The translations under genes were made by a program, and so were the position numbers. A model generated the notes under the pieces. That model was not told the origin of the DNA. It worked only from the letters and a program-made list of their open reading frames with translations, and did not search any database. Positions 12,811 to 27,110 of a stretch of DNA of 64,000 nucleotides are shown one piece after another (position 1 is the first letter of the stretch; every line of letters starts with the position of its first letter). The DNA comes from Octopus sinensis (taxonomy: Eukaryota): NCBI RefSeq assembly GCF_006345805.1, contig NC_043000.1, positions 45,880,001 through 45,944,000 of the forward strand, in the 5' to 3' direction.

Positions 12811-13976
12811 GGTGGTGGTGTGGTGGTGGTGGTGGTGGCAATGGAAGCAGTCGTGATGATGATGATGATGGGAAACAATAGCATAATTGGTTACAGCTTT
12901 TAAAATGGGTTAATCTGAAGTTCACGGCCTTTCTGATTGCAAGAGTGACAAGGGAGAAGTGCTAAATCATTGCAGAACAACAAACATCACAATGGATTTC
13001 ATTTACAAACCGGCAAGCTTTCAGTTCTCTTTTCTTTATTTTTTGGGTTTTTTTTTTGTTTTTTGGTGGCGGTGTTGATGGTAGTAGTGGAAGCTTATGT
13101 TTACATCCTTTGTTGATATATGTCAACGAAGACTTATACATACATATACACACATATACACACATACATGCATACACACAGGCACATAAACACACATAAA
13201 TTTCATGTGTTGTATTTCAAGATTATTTATTTTTTTTTACATTGTAGGTATATTAAGTCAATGCCGCTATATGTGGTTTGCAGCAAGGTGATAAAATGAT
13301 ATAACAGAAATGAAAATATAACAGAAGAAGCAAGCAGAAGATGAATTGGTTTGTTTGATTAGGTCAACGACTCTAGTCTGCCTTTTGTATCAATATTATA
13401 GAGTAGATAACACAAGGTGTATTGTACTGACATTATAACATCTAATTAATAAGTCAAAGCAACTTATGAAATTATTGGCACACACAAACAAACACACACG
13501 TACGCATACATATTGCAATTATCAAATGTCAAGGAAGATTTAAAACCACATTCATTTGGTATTTATATTCTCATGTAATATCCTCAAATTGATCTCAAGG
13601 AATATTTCCATAAGTTATAGAGTATTATTAATATAGAGGTTAATGCTTACATTTCAGGTCTGTTGAATTCCGTTTATGTCTTAAAGTTTTTGTCATTCTT
13701 AAATTGAGCAAAATTTAAACGAATAGGAAAATGAAAATAACCGCCAGCTCTGATTGATTTGACCAGGTTGGTCCTTAGCAATCTTTAATCTGTCTCATTC
13801 TTTTTAATCACCCACCTAACTACCTACCTCGTTGTCTCTATCACTTTCCTACCCCTACACTTAAGTAGTAAAACCAAAGCCATCTATTGTCCATTATGTT
13901 ATATTACTTGTAATTTTGCTATATTATTTGCTCAATTGGTGTAAACCACATATAACTATATCAAATAAATATCCCA

Positions 13977-14037
13977 ACACACACACACACACATACACAC
14001 ACACAAACACACACACACACACACACATACACACACA

Positions 14038-14074
<37 letters not shown>
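13977..14074. repeat. (CA)n microsatellite
   Basis: Read directly. Confidence 0.95.
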
Positions 14075-14078
<4 letters not shown>

Positions 14079-14231
14079 AGGATAGCATACGGTTTCTAAT
14101 TACCAAATTTCTCTCATAAGTTATTGATCAACATAAGGCTGTAGTAGAAAGCAATTTCTCCATTATACTGCACATAAACCACATGATTGCAACGTAAACT
14201 TTTTAACCACATGGCCATAAATGTAACCACG

Positions 14232-14590
14232 AATGAGACATTAAGGGGTAATGGGTAAAGATCCCCTTTGGTCATGAATGACCATGGGATTGCAACTAGA
14301 AATTTCTCCTTGAAGACACAAGTCCTGGCAAGGTTGTTTATGGAAGACCAGCAGTTGCCAATGCATACCAGCCTCTCCCCCCCCCCAGATGCTATCCATG
14401 AAAAAGAAAAAGGCTGATACAGCTTGGCATCAGTGAAGTTGCTACTCATTTATACAGATGAGTGAACTGGAGCAACATGAAATAAAGTATCTTACTCAAG
14501 AACACAACACACAGTCCAGTCTGGAAATCAAACTCACAACCTCATGATTGTGAGCCCAACACTCTAACCACTGAGCTATGTGTCTTCAAT
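14232..14590 (-). mobile_element. tRNA-derived SINE family C
   Basis: Reverse complement of 53054-53388 (GAAGGCACATAGCTCAGTGGTTAGAG head; TGTTCTTGAGCAAGACACTT core). Confidence 0.85.
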
Positions 14591-15087
14591 ATTTACATAA
14601 CTACATTTAAAGAAGATACAAACAATACTAGCATTATTATTACTTGTTTCAGAAACACAAGTACTTGGATTCAAGCTTTCTAATGGCAAACAAATAAGAT
14701 TCAAAACTCTTTGTAGAAAGAGTATTAGACTTTCACAGGTAAATTTCTCTCAGAATATTGAAGAACCAATTTCTTAGATACATATAATGAGGCAATGAAG
14801 AACTAAGTGTCTTGTTATAAGAAATAGTGAAAAACCCTCAAGTATCAAGAAGCTTTATATGTCTGATGTGTTCATGTTACTAAGCAAATGCGATAAATTA
14901 CTGTCATTTACTGAATGTGCTTCAAATGCAAGTAAAATTTACTGGAATATCTATTATCCTTAACAATAAAATAAACTAGCTACCAAACATTTAAGCATAC
15001 TGCCCAAATACATAAGAACCATGCATCAAGTGTGAGATGCAGACCCATGAGCTGGTGTCATTTAGTTCCTCTTAAATATATACATGT

Positions 15088-15395
15088 GGAGGCACAATGG
15101 CTCAGTGGTCAGGGCAGCGGACTTGCGATCAGAGGATCGCAGTTTCAATTCCCAGACCAGGCGTTGTGTGTGTTTATTGAGCAAAATCACCTAAAAAGCT
15201 CCACGGGGCTTCGACAGGGGTTGGTGGCAACCCCTGTTGTACTCTTTCGCGACAACTTTCTTCCACTCTCTGTTCCTGTTTCTTGAGTTATGCTACAATG
15301 GACTGGTGTCCCGTCCAGATGGGCGGGGACACATACACCACAGAAACTGGGAAACCGGGCCCATGAGCCTGGCTAGGCTTGAAAAGGGCGACATT
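15088..15395 (+). mobile_element. tRNA-derived SINE, family C-related head with a distinct GC-rich body
   Basis: A box TGGCTCAGTGG, B-box-like GTTTCAATTCC, and a V-SINE-like ATGGACTGGTGTCCCGTCCAG segment. Confidence 0.75.
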
Positions 15396-16699
15396 TAATT
15401 TTTCAGATATATACATAAAGCATGTAATAACAATCACCCAAAATACTGCTGCTAGTTATTGCTTTGCAAACATTGATCATAGGAGAAGTGAAGAAAGCTG
15501 AATGATGGATTTTCAAGAGTTTTAGAATATGGAAACTTTTAGCTTTAATTTTCCTTCTACCCACTTAATTTGAGTTAAAAATCTGTCAAAAATCAATCTA
15601 ATCAATATAAACTGTCAAATGTGTAGCAGATGGTTGGCAAAGTTAACTGTAAATTAAGAAAAAAAATTTAATTAGCAGCAAGCTTTTTGACAACAATCAA
15701 ACAATGTAGCCAATCCATTATTGCAAAATACCTCACATTTATCCTTAAATTCACTAAAATTCATTATTGCCAAAATTTTTAATGAAATAACTAAAGATCC
15801 AGTTAATACTCTCCTGGCTGATAAAGAATTTAAATAGAAAACTTCATTGAGTAGAATATAAAAAAAATGTAAAAATGTATCAAATCACAATTCATATAAA
15901 TATACAAAACTTCCATCATGACTGTTTAATAAATGGATTTACACAAATATATTTTTATAAATTTTTAAAAGTAAACCAAAAAACTTGGCATATCCAGTGA
16001 AGTACTCCAGACAAAAAAAAAAGGCAACCAACCTATTGCCTGTCTCAGTCAGTAGATTAATTTGTTAAAATATAAGGCTTCTAGCCACCAGACACCCAAA
16101 GCTGAACCAATAACCATCACTCATCATTCAGTAATCTGAATCTTCTCAACAATACTCTCCATTACAGATAATTAACAGCTAAATAGCTCTCATATAACTA
16201 AATTGCCATGGTATTCTGCCAAACTTGATTTTACACAGCACTGCTGCTGTTCCTCTTGGTTTCTGACCCAAAAGATCTTTACGAGATTTGTGGAAGATCT
16301 CTTTATCCCCTTCTCAACTACTATAGCTCTATAAACAATATGATCACAAAACCCTACTTCACATTTGCTGCCCTCTTTATGACTAAAACCACATTGCAAA
16401 CTCTAAATAGTTTTTTCCCACTATACTAAGCTCACTAACATGCACAGATATACAGGGCACTTGACATATGTCAAGTACTCATGCATTGACAGCATGCACA
16501 TAACCTGGATTATTTGATATACCTGTTTAATACTATCAAATTGAATACTCCAATAACATCACTGATCTTGAGAATGTATCTTCCGTTACTCTCAGATAAT
16601 TTACTCTAGATCTAGTCCTTAGGCTTATCAATTTCTCTCTTTATTTCTCCTTCTCACATTTCCTCTCTTTTTCTCTCTCCCTCTTTACCATTCTGTCTT

Positions 16700-17240
16700 T
16701 CTTTCTCTCTCTTATTTGCTCTCTGTCCCCAGTGATATATTTTGATATTTGGAAAAATGCCACTCTGTGTCCTATTCCCCAAAATGCAATCCCTCTTCTA
16801 ACCCTGCCAGCTATCCTCCAATTACACTCAATTTCAACATCACAAAGGTGAAGGATGTACCTATTAACAAAATCCTTCTTCAACACTTTGAAGTTTATTC
16901 CACCTTATTGCCTGGTAGTACAGCTTTCATAACACTGAATCTAGTGAAAACATATTCTGTTATATAACATACTATTTGCTTTTGAGAAAGCTTCTGCTGT
17001 TGACCCTTGCAAGGTTTTTGACAATGATTGCCCAAGAAGTTGCTGTGCAAAACTGACCACCTATGGACTCCATCTGTGTCTTACCTATTAAATCAGTGAC
17101 TTCCTGACAGAATTAACCACAGTGGAATATGTGGATAATACTTCTGACTCTTTCAGCTTTAGTGTTTTGTTCATCAATATTCAATTTTGTTGACTACTTT
17201 TAATTTTTTATATCAGCTACCTATTTGCTGTCACTTCCAA
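16700..17240 (+). mobile_element. CR1/L2-like LINE RT fragment, decayed
   Basis: IWKNATLCPIP..NPSSNPASYPPITL and DPCKVFDN..KLTTYGL motifs, with frameshifts. Confidence 0.55.
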
Positions 17241-19564
17241 GAATATCAGTTCTTGTCTGTGTGAGTGACAGCAGTACCATCTTGGATGTGGAAGTTGTGG
17301 GTCACTATTGGTTTATAGAGACTCATCAATTGTTCTGGTCTGAAGTCATTTGTAGCCCTGACAAAGAGGGCAAGTCTTTGGGATGTAGTTTATGTGATAT
17401 TACTTGTGATGTGGTTATACTTGTTCTGGCATTCACCTAAAATGCATTGAGCTGGCTCCAATCAGTGCATCCATACTATCCCTAGTAGACGTCTTCTATG
17501 CCTGATGATCACAATTGCTTAAGACTGAGGCCATCAAGCAGGTACAGCCCCAATGGCAGGCACCATATACGATAACCAGATTTTGAATTAAGATCCAGCA
17601 TGACCATACCAATTCCTATTTTCAGCTATCAATCTCTCCATTCACACTATCTTGAGAAGGTATCAAGCAACTTCATAAGAGATAAGTTTCATATATGTAT
17701 GATGATGCATGTGAATAAACCAATAGAGACCCCTTTCAAAGCAAGATATGTTGTAAAAATTTAGACTCCAATATGAAAAATTCTTCTATTATGAATGTGA
17801 AATTTCTAAGAGAGTTCATTAAATGGATGCAAAATGCTAAAATGACTATGAAACTAATGAATGCTCCCTTACATCACAGGTTACAAACATAAAAAATATA
17901 ACTTTAAGCCAGTAACATTTAACTTTGTCAGAAAATTATTAGCAAGTCTAGTATGAAAATGTTGCAATAATTTCAAAAGGTGCTAACAGTAGATTTATTC
18001 AAATGTAACAAATCTTTAGAGCTCACTCAACCTTTTGATTTTGTTTGTTTCTCCCCATAAGAGCCTAATATCCAAAGCATCAAGAGTTATTAACAATAAT
18101 CAGCAAAGGATTAATTATATAAATCTTTAAACAGTGTTTCATCTTTAATTGCTTTTCACTGCAAATTTGAAAACTTTATAAATTGTTCTTGCTTTTAGAT
18201 AGTCATATCCAAATTACAAAAGAGATTAATTTCCTATGCAGTCCTTAGGATAATAATCTTTAGGATTATCTTAAGGAAACGAATATAATTAAAAAAAACA
18301 TACACTGGGTTATACCAGAACATGTTTTATTGACCTAAGAATGTAGAAAGTTAAAGACAATTTCAGTAGAATTTCATCTCAGAATCTAGAAAGTCAAAGC
18401 TGAAAATGTTGTGATGCTATCTGGTCCAGTAATCTACTAATTCAGTCATCTTCACCACTATCAACAGAGGAAAAAAATTAGAATGATGAAGATTTGGACA
18501 ATATTTTTTGATAAATGTCCTCATTAATCAAACTGAAGTTTGATAATTATAAATAGATCTAAGAATAAATATTAAAGGAAAGACAAAATGTGTAGCTATA
18601 CTGTAAATATCCATCAAACCTGTATAAAAACCAAATCAGTTTTCAGAATGACAGTAAATCATTTTAATTCATTATAGGTGTGAATATAACTTACTTTCTG
18701 TTTTCTAAACAAAGAAGCAATTATTTTTCTATTAATCTGATTAAGGCTTCAAGTATCAAATATATTGTAATGTTAACATCAAGAGCCAAATGATTAAACT
18801 ATTTTTTGAAAAATATTACACCTTTTATTTTTAAAGAGAAACATTGTAATCTGTTATGAAAAAATATTAAAATATCAAAAAAATTATCCTTAAAAATGAT
18901 AACATTAATGACAAATACTAAATCAATACTAAACTAATGACAAATTATTAGATTACAAAAAAACAACAACTACAACTTATTGTTCCAATTAATAAACAAA
19001 TGGAAAAAACTATCATTCCTCATTATTACCCAAGTGAGCCAAGAATCATCAAACAAATTTTAAATGAAATTGTCTTACTTGTAAGATCAATCTTCTTTAA
19101 AAGAAAATGAAAAAGAAAAGTAATTATAATACTTTCAGAGACTACTATGAGGTTAACAAATTTATCATATTTCTCTATTTACGTTAGACTGAAAATTTTA
19201 GTATGAAGCACCAGGATTTATTATCTTCTTTGACAAGCATAAAAAACTACTATTAGATGCCGACAGACGCACTTAGATGATATGCTATGAACCTAATCAA
19301 ACAGTAAACATCATTAATAGTTTTTAACTAAATTTTTTTTTTAATACTACTGATACATTTCAACTAAGTTGAAAAGAAAACTAAGATTTGTAAGTCAGAA
19401 TAAGTGAGCAATTTTGTAACGTTCATATCTTTTGTAACAGTTGCGTTTATTGGGGTTATTAAGTCCCAGGTCAGCCTTGATCAAGCACACATTTAATCAA
19501 AAGTATTTTAGCTGTTACCATACCATATTGTCAAACATAATCGTTATTAATATTGATCAGACTT

Positions 19565-19762
19565 AGGCGATGAGCTGGCAGAATTGTTAGCATGCCGGGC
19601 AAAATGCTTAGTGGTATTTCTTCCATCTTCACGTTCTGAGTTTAAATTCCAACTTTGCCTTTCACCCTTTCGGGGTTGATACCTGTTGAGTACTGGAGTC
19701 AATATAATCGATTATCCCCAACCAAAAATTTCAGGCCTTGTGCCTTTAGCAGAAAAGATTAT
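19565..19762 (+). mobile_element. SINE family B
   Basis: Head GGCGATGAGCTGGCAGAATTGTTAGC; core CTTTGCCTTTCACCCTTTCGGGGTTGATA (Meta-domain-like, from recall). Confidence 0.85.
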
Positions 19763-20021
19763 TTAACAGACCTATAATTAAAAAATAGGTGCAATGTATG
19801 CCTGCATGTTATGAAAAAGTAAAAGATTGGCATTAAAGAAGATATCTGACTGTAAAACGCTGTCTCAAACGAACTTATTTAATCCATGCTAGTATGAAAA
19901 AAAAACACATGAAAATAATGATAATGATAATGATAAAATGAAAATTCTTCTGTGATTATTTGATCTTTTTATTAAAACATATGAATCTAGTACTACAGTA
20001 TTCTCCAATATATATATATGT

Positions 20022-20135
20022 CATCATCATCATCATTTAACGCCTGATTTCCCTGCAAGGCATATGTTGGACGGTTTGACTGAAGACTGGCAAGCCAGAA
20101 GGTTGCACCAGGTTCCAATCTGATCTGGGAAGATT
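20022..20135 (-). mobile_element. RTE-tail SINE/LINE 3' end with (GAT)n tail
   Basis: Same family as 29755-29912, 40290-40590 and 48000-48160. Confidence 0.75.
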
Positions 20136-20704
20136 TCTACAGCTGGATACTCTTCTTAACACCAACTACTCCAAGAATCGTGAGTAGTTTATATATCTGA
20201 ATAAGAAACACACTCTAAAACATTAGGGCAGTAATATATCTTTTGAGGAAGTTGATTGTTATGGCCGGTGTAAAAGTGACCATTGTTTCACACTTATAAA
20301 GTGCTTAGCCACATAAGCACCTTGTCAGAATAAAATGGTTGAAGGCACATAGCTTCTCTACAAGTAAGGAAGAGTACTTCATGATATCTTGGCCATGCTG
20401 GCAGTGTTAACAGACAGAACAGAGTGATCCCTTTTACATCAGTTCTGGCTGTGGGGATTTTTGAAAGTACCATGATGGTTGTATTCAGTGAAAAATACTT
20501 AGCTTGTAGCAGGGAAAGCTTTAAATGAGGACATTGATAGAACTTTACAGTAGTTTAAAAAGTTTCCTGGCTGTTCAAGGAGCCTCCATTTAATTATGCA
20601 TGAGGTTCCTTGATGCAATGTTTATCTGCTACACGTGATCACAAAAACACAAACCTTTGGAAATCACACAAGATCTCGAAATGTCGTTCACTTGACAACA
20701 ATAG

Positions 20705-20782
20705 CACTATTATTGTTATTATTATTATTATTATTATTTATTATTATTATTATTATAATTAATATTATTATTACTATTATTA

Positions 20783-20841
<59 letters not shown>

Positions 20842-20860
20842 ATTATTATTACTATTATTA

Positions 20861-20901
<41 letters not shown>
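20705..20901. repeat. (TAT)n microsatellite with an internal ~78-bp duplicated variant block
   Basis: The block TAATATTATTATTACTATTATTATC occurs twice. Confidence 0.9.
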
Positions 20902-20903
<2 letters not shown>

Positions 20904-21028
20904 GCAGCAATGGCATTTGGCACAATTCCCCATGAAGGTCACTGCTAGCTCTCACTGTGCATGCAATCATGTGCTGCTATCCGTTGGCACGCTGCAGAAC
21001 AAGTCTGGGAACTTTTTGATATCATCTC
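20902..21028 (-). mobile_element. Mariner 5' terminal fragment
   Basis: Minus strand GATATCAAAAAGTTCCCAGACT..GCCAACGGATAGCAGCAC resembles a mariner TIR and leader. Confidence 0.5.
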
Positions 21029-21417
21029 TGAAATAAAAAAAAAACAGATTGTTACTGCTGGAATATCTTTCATCATAGGTCTGCTCAGTCTGAAGCTAAA
21101 TGAGTATTAATAATGGCAATAAATAAATACCAATTGATGTTGTAATTGCATAGCCCCAGGTTAACTATGATTAGATGGATCCATAATTGAATGCATTCCA
21201 ACCATACCGATCAATTTTAATTTTCCATGCAAGGAAATACATTATCTAATGTCTTTCCTTTATTCAAGACAGTAGATGTGATTTGATGACGACTTCATTA
21301 CTATTTCTAGGAAGGTGAGAAACTATGTAGAGTTTTTTTATTATTATTGATATGTAGTTTAAATAAATGATACCAAAACCATAATTTTGCAGAAGAAAAG
21401 TATAGTATACTCTCTCT

Positions 21418-21807
21418 CTTTTTACTCTTTTACTTGTTTCAGTTATTTGACTGTGGCCATGCTGGAGTACCGCCTTTTGTCGAGCAAATCGACCCCAGGG
21501 CTTATTCTTTGTAAGCCTAGTACTTATTCTATCGGTCTCTTTTGCCGAACCACTAAGTTACAGGGATGTAAACACATCAGCATCAGTTGTCAAGCGATGT
21601 TGAGGGGACAAACACAGATACACATATATATATATACATATATACGACGGGCTTCTTTCAGTTTCCATCTACCAAATCCACTCACAAGGCTTTGGTCAGC
21701 CCGAGGCTATAGTAGAAGACACTTGCCCAAGGTGCCAAGCAGTGGGACTGAATCAGGAACCATTTGGTTGGTAAGTAAGCTACTTACCACACAGCCACTC
21801 CTGCACC
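21418..21807 (-). mobile_element. SINE family A, full length
   Basis: Reverse complement of the family A consensus. Confidence 0.9.
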
Positions 21808-22487
21808 TAGTATATTGAATTAACCTTAAAAAAGACCCCTGGTTTTTCATTTAATCCCCTGAAAGGGAGATTAAAATCAAAGATACTTTCTCAAAAACCA
21901 AACTAAGACTTAAAAAATACAGCATTTAATGCCTCATTCCACCATTTTTACAACTCTGCAATTTTTAGGAGAGTTAATGACTAGTTAAGACATGGTATTT
22001 CGTTATGCAACCATAATATATTTTATAAGCCAAAAAAAATAGAAAAAAATACTGTGTTCTGTTGTGTTAGCAGTACTATTACATCACTTGTTAAAATTTT
22101 CTCTACAGATTCTCTATAGAAATTATTGCCAGCACTGATTTTATGTACCAGCTTTTAGGAATGTGCTTTATTATGTAAAATTGGTATATCCTATAATGTT
22201 ACACTGCTATATTTAGTGGCTCTTTAAGCAATGAGTTCGTGGGTGATTAATGGATTGGATAAAGGAGCAAGAATTGAAATATGTTATATCTGCCTATAAC
22301 CCATTTTTCATCTCTGATTTCGTTGTTGTTTATATCAAGCATCTTGGGTACAAAATGTCGTAACAAAATCAGTACTAAATCCTTAAAAATGTTTCAGCCT
22401 GAAGGTTGCGGCCATGCTGGGGCACTGGCTATATTTCTATAGAAAATCTGTAGAGATAACCTCAACAAGTGGGACTGTACCTGGAAC

Positions 22488-22616
22488 ACATGGTTCTGGG
22501 TTCAGTCCCACTGCATGGCAACTTAGGCAAGTGTCTTCTACTATAGCCTTGGGCCGACCAAAGCCTTGTGAGTGGATTTGGTAGATGGAAACTGAAAGAA
22601 GCCCATCATATTTATC

Positions 22617-22670
<54 letters not shown>

Positions 22671-22880
22671 TTGTGTGTCTGTATTTGTCCCCCCCCCAAC
22701 ATCACTTGACAACTGATGCTGGCATGTTTACATCCCTGTAACCTAGCAGTTTGGCAAAAGAGACTGATAGGCTTACAAAGAATAAGTCCTGGGATCGATT
22801 TGCTCGACTTAAGGCGGTGCTCCAACACAGCCACAGTCAAATTACTGAAACAAGTAAAAGAGTAAAAGAGAAAAGAGTAA
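22488..22880 (+). mobile_element. SINE family A, 5'-truncated
   Basis: Homology with the other copies. Confidence 0.9.
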
Positions 22881-23721
22881 GGGAATTAAGTAGATGTTGT
22901 TTATTACAGTGTCCCAGAAACTTGGTTGGAATTTTTTTTTATCACCCGCCATACAGATAAAAGGCAAAATTGATTGCAATAGAATTTGAATTCAGAAGGT
23001 AAGAATTTAACTAACTTATAGATTGTAATAGCCAAATAAAATCAGATCTAGTTAAATGCAGAGTACATGTTCTAAACTGCCATTATTTTTTTTTACCACA
23101 AATCATTCTTCATTTGCATTATATTGAAATCTCAGTAACAGCTATCAATATGAAACATATTCTTTGAAAAAGAAATACAATCCAAGTATTGAAATTGTGT
23201 CTAAGAATATTCACTGTGCTCTCAGTAAACAGATATATAACTGAAAATATGATCGCAGAAACATATTTGACAACTGCTACTTTTTGTTCTTGTTAAATGT
23301 TTGCAAAGTTTAAAATAATATACATACAAACATACATACATATATATATATATACATCAAAAACTTGAAAGTGAAACAGTATACTAGCAAAAAGTTATAG
23401 TAGGTCTATAAGTAATGGCTAAATATTTTTGTTTCAAGTAATATTTCAATAAATTGTACTTTTGTGGTAAATAAAAGATGAAATATCAATCCATTACAAA
23501 TCTATAAATGTTTAATGTACGCTGGATGTATCTTTTAAATGTTTTATATCACAGAAAAGTTGGCTACATTAAAAAAAAGTCTTTATTCACTATTTCTTTT
23601 TCAACGAGAGAATAATCAAATAATAAAATGATTTATTTCTTTAGGTTGTAATGAAAAGGATTATCTCAAATGTAATATTACATCTTTATATTTTGATATA
23701 TTCCTTTCAGTTACAACTTAC

Positions 23722-23772
23722 CCTACTTGTGTAGTTAAATTGATATATCTCTGTGACGCTGCAATTACTAAA
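23722..23772 (-). CDS. Candidate 51-nt coding exon (FSNCSVTEIYQFNYTSR in phase 0) of an unidentified gene; SID-1/SIDT-like or reprolysin-like peptide
   Basis: Acceptor TTCTTTTTCAG and donor AGG|GTAAGT; open frame; no flanking exons confirmed. Confidence 0.35.
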
Positions 23773-24777
23773 CTGAAAAAGAACTTCTCAAGTTTATATA
23801 TACATGTGTGTGTGTATGAATGTATATGTATTTATATATGTATATACATACATACATACATGCATACATATATGTATGTATATATATGTATAAACATATA
23901 TATATATATACATATATACATACATACACATAAAACATTTCTATATCTATAGCTAAACTAAAATGGAGACAATAGCACCAGGTATTGTATTTTTATTGCT
24001 ACAGTGTGATTTTTTTTATTAACCGAACATAATACTTATGTTTACTTGTACACTGTTTCAAATTTTTGAAAAGCTTATTTTGCATTATCTGTATATATTT
24101 TGGTAGACTTTTATCTTTTTTCTATTCTATATCTCACTTATAAAGAATGGCTGCACATAGATGTATAGTTCTGAAGTAATGTTAAAAACAGGAACTCAGG
24201 TAATTATGGTAATATATTCATGATTTATAAGTCTCATTTCAAACTTTGATGCACATTAACATCAAATTGTATAGTTGGAAATATCAAACATTTTGACATC
24301 AATTTAAACCCTTTCAGACACTATTAAATTGAATTTAAAGTAGAAAGCAGAGTAAACCATTACAAGTGCAATCCAGTTAAGAATAAATTTGTTTTTACAC
24401 TTAGTCTTGATGGTTAATTGATAACACAAAACAATTATGACAAAGTAATGCACTGTAGACTTTATTATAACGTTCATCTATCCTCTGAATTCTGATCCTG
24501 TTTGATACATATTTAGTTGCATACATTACGAATAAAGATAAGAGTTTGCGGAGATAATTGATATATGTTGGTAAAAATTTATTCAGTAAAGTTCACAAAT
24601 TTGATGCACTTATAAACTCTGCTATAAAATATTCAAAGTCCAGGTTGTGGAGTTGAAACCAGTGACAGATTATGTCTGTCATTCCATTCTACCATTTGTT
24701 AATTTGAAGTATCAATGCAACAGAACAGATGGCATATCAGTAATTTGTGTTAAACTTGCCAAATATTCAAATCTGTC

Positions 24778-25550
24778 TGGGTTGTGTAGTTAAGAAGCTT
24801 CCTTCCCAACTGTGTGGTTTTGTGTTCAGTCACACTACATGCCACCTTGGGCAAGTGGTTTCTACTATAATCCCTGGCTAACCAATGATTTGTAAATGGA
24901 TTTGATAGACAGAAACTGAAAGAAGCCCATCATTTACATATATGTGTATGTGCATTTTTATGACAACTTAGACGACTGATATTGGCTTGCTTACATCCCT
25001 GTAACTTAGCAGTTCAACAAAAGAGACCAATGGAATAAGTTTAAAGCTTTAAAAATTAGTTCCAAGTCAATTTGTTCAACAAAACCTTCAAGGTAGTGCC
25101 TCAGCTTAGCCACAGTTCAATGACTGAAACAAGTTAAAGATAAAAAATAAAGATTTAGGTGCAGGCATGACTGTGTGGTAAGTAGCTTGCTTACCAACCA
25201 CATGGTTCTGGGTTCAGTCCCACTGTGTGACACCTTGGGCAAGTGTCTTCTACTATAGCCACGGGCCAACCAAAGCCTTGTGAGTGGATTTGGTAGACAG
25301 AAATTGAAAGATGCTTGTTGCATATATGTGTATGTGTGTGTTTGTGTGTGTTTGTGTGTGTCCACTCACCATCACTTGACAACCGATGTTGGTGTGTTTA
25401 CATCCTGTAACTTAGCAGTTCAGGAAAAGAGACTGATAGGATAAGTACTAGGCTTACAGAGAATAAGTCCTGGGGTTGATTTGTTCGACTAAAGGTGGTG
25501 CTCCAGCATGGCCACAGTCAAATGACTGAAACAAATAAAAGAATAAAAAA
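24778..25550 (+). mobile_element. Two head-to-tail SINE family A copies (older 24778-25140, younger 25158-25550)
   Basis: Both match family A; the first is much more diverged. Confidence 0.85.
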
Positions 25551-26144
25551 TAAGTGTTACAACAGTGGTTTTCAATACAATTTTGCAGAGGCATCTAATA
25601 TAGTGTAATCAATTGTTTGTGAAGACAGAATAAGTTATAGCTTTGAGGAAGGCATAATAATATCTGAAGCAGTAATTATCATTCAATCTCTCTTTTTCTA
25701 CCTATTTATGGGTAGGTTTTAATAATATCTCAAACATTTACAACTGTTTCATGCATCTTATAAATTTTAATTAATTTAGGAACAGAGTGACTGCTAACAT
25801 TTATTGATATACTCTATGAGTAGTTTGGAAAATAAACACTGTTATCTGCTTTGTCTCTAACTTACATTAAATGCTCTGTACTGACTCATAAGATCTAATC
25901 CATAAACTGAATAACTTTCTCTGGATTTATGAAATTACTGGATTACAATGAAGGAAATAGATCTCTGTTAGATTCGACAATGATTATTCAGGAGTTCACT
26001 CATCTTATTAATGTGTAAATGACTGGGTATTCCAGAGATGAGTGTCCCCTTAATTCAACTCTAAAGTATTACCAGCATGACACAATGAATGACTTATGTA
26101 ATTATACTTTTTAATTACGGATAATAATCCATCCATTGAAGCAT

Positions 26145-26350
26145 ATAACTTAGTGGTTAGGGTATTACACTCATGACTGTAAGATTATGGTTTCAATTTC
26201 CAGACCAGGTAATGCCTTGTGTTCTTTAGCAGAATGCTTCATTTCATGTTACTTCAGTCCACTCAGCTGATAAATGAGTAATCACCTAACAGACTGGTAT
26301 CCTCTCCAAGGGTTGGAATATATTTGCCCTAAATCCAGGAACTTGGCCTT
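26145..26350 (+). mobile_element. SINE family C-related, decayed
   Basis: Head GAAGCATATAACTTAGTGGTTAGGG; CCACTCAGCTGATAAATGAGTA core. Confidence 0.6.
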
Positions 26351-26894
26351 ATGAACCTTTCGTCCTTTTCTAGAATAATCTATCTGACAGGTTTCTGAAC
26401 TGTATGTCTACCTGATTTCATTCACATAGCTTGTATTGTTCCAAGGTTGTATGGTAAAAGACACTTAAAGAAACGTGCCATGCATCTTGGTTAATGTTTT
26501 TCACATTAGCCTTGCATCTTGGGCTGGTGTCCTTTCCACAGATGCAGGTTGACCCAAGACTTGTGTGTGAAATTAGGTTAGTAGCTGTGCAGTTACCCAT
26601 TGGATAGGTTGCACCTGTTATTTAAAGATCCAAGTATGGCAGACATTATGTCATCCTGATTCTGCTTCAAGAATATGTTAAGGTTACATATTTCTATGGA
26701 AATTTTACACCAAGCAGTACAGTGGGATCAAGTCTGGGGTCTATTGATTGCAAAGTAAAATATAACCGTTCAGTCTAGCTACAGCAACTGACATTCCCTT
26801 TCAATGATTATAAAATATCAAAGAAAATCCCAAACCATATAACATTCTCAAGTTGATTTTATAGAATATTCACATTGGTTATTGAGTAATACTG

Positions 26895-27110
26895 ATTTCA
26901 AATGTTGGCACAAGGCCTGTAATTTTGGGCGATGGGATAAGTCAGTAACATCGCCCCCAAGTGTTCAAATGGTACTTATATTATCAACCACAAAATGAAC
27001 GAAAGGCAAAGTCAACCTTGGAGGAATTTGAACTTGGAACATGAATGCAGATAAAATGCCTCTTAGGATTTTTTCCTGGTGTGATAATGACTCAACCAGC
27101 TCACCACCTT
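26895..27110 (-). mobile_element. SINE family B
   Basis: GAAAGGCAAAGTCAACCTTGGAGGAATTTGAACT segment. Confidence 0.75.

Noticed and set aside
14653-14738. Plus-strand exon-like segment (TQVLGFKLSNGKQIRFKTLCRKSIRLSQ) with good AG/GT
   Set aside because: It is isolated, with no recognisable family or partner exons; such matches are expected by chance in AT-rich DNA.
20956-21028. Strong minus acceptor plus a 72-nt open segment
   Set aside because: The sequence is a mariner terminal fragment, so at most a cryptic exon.
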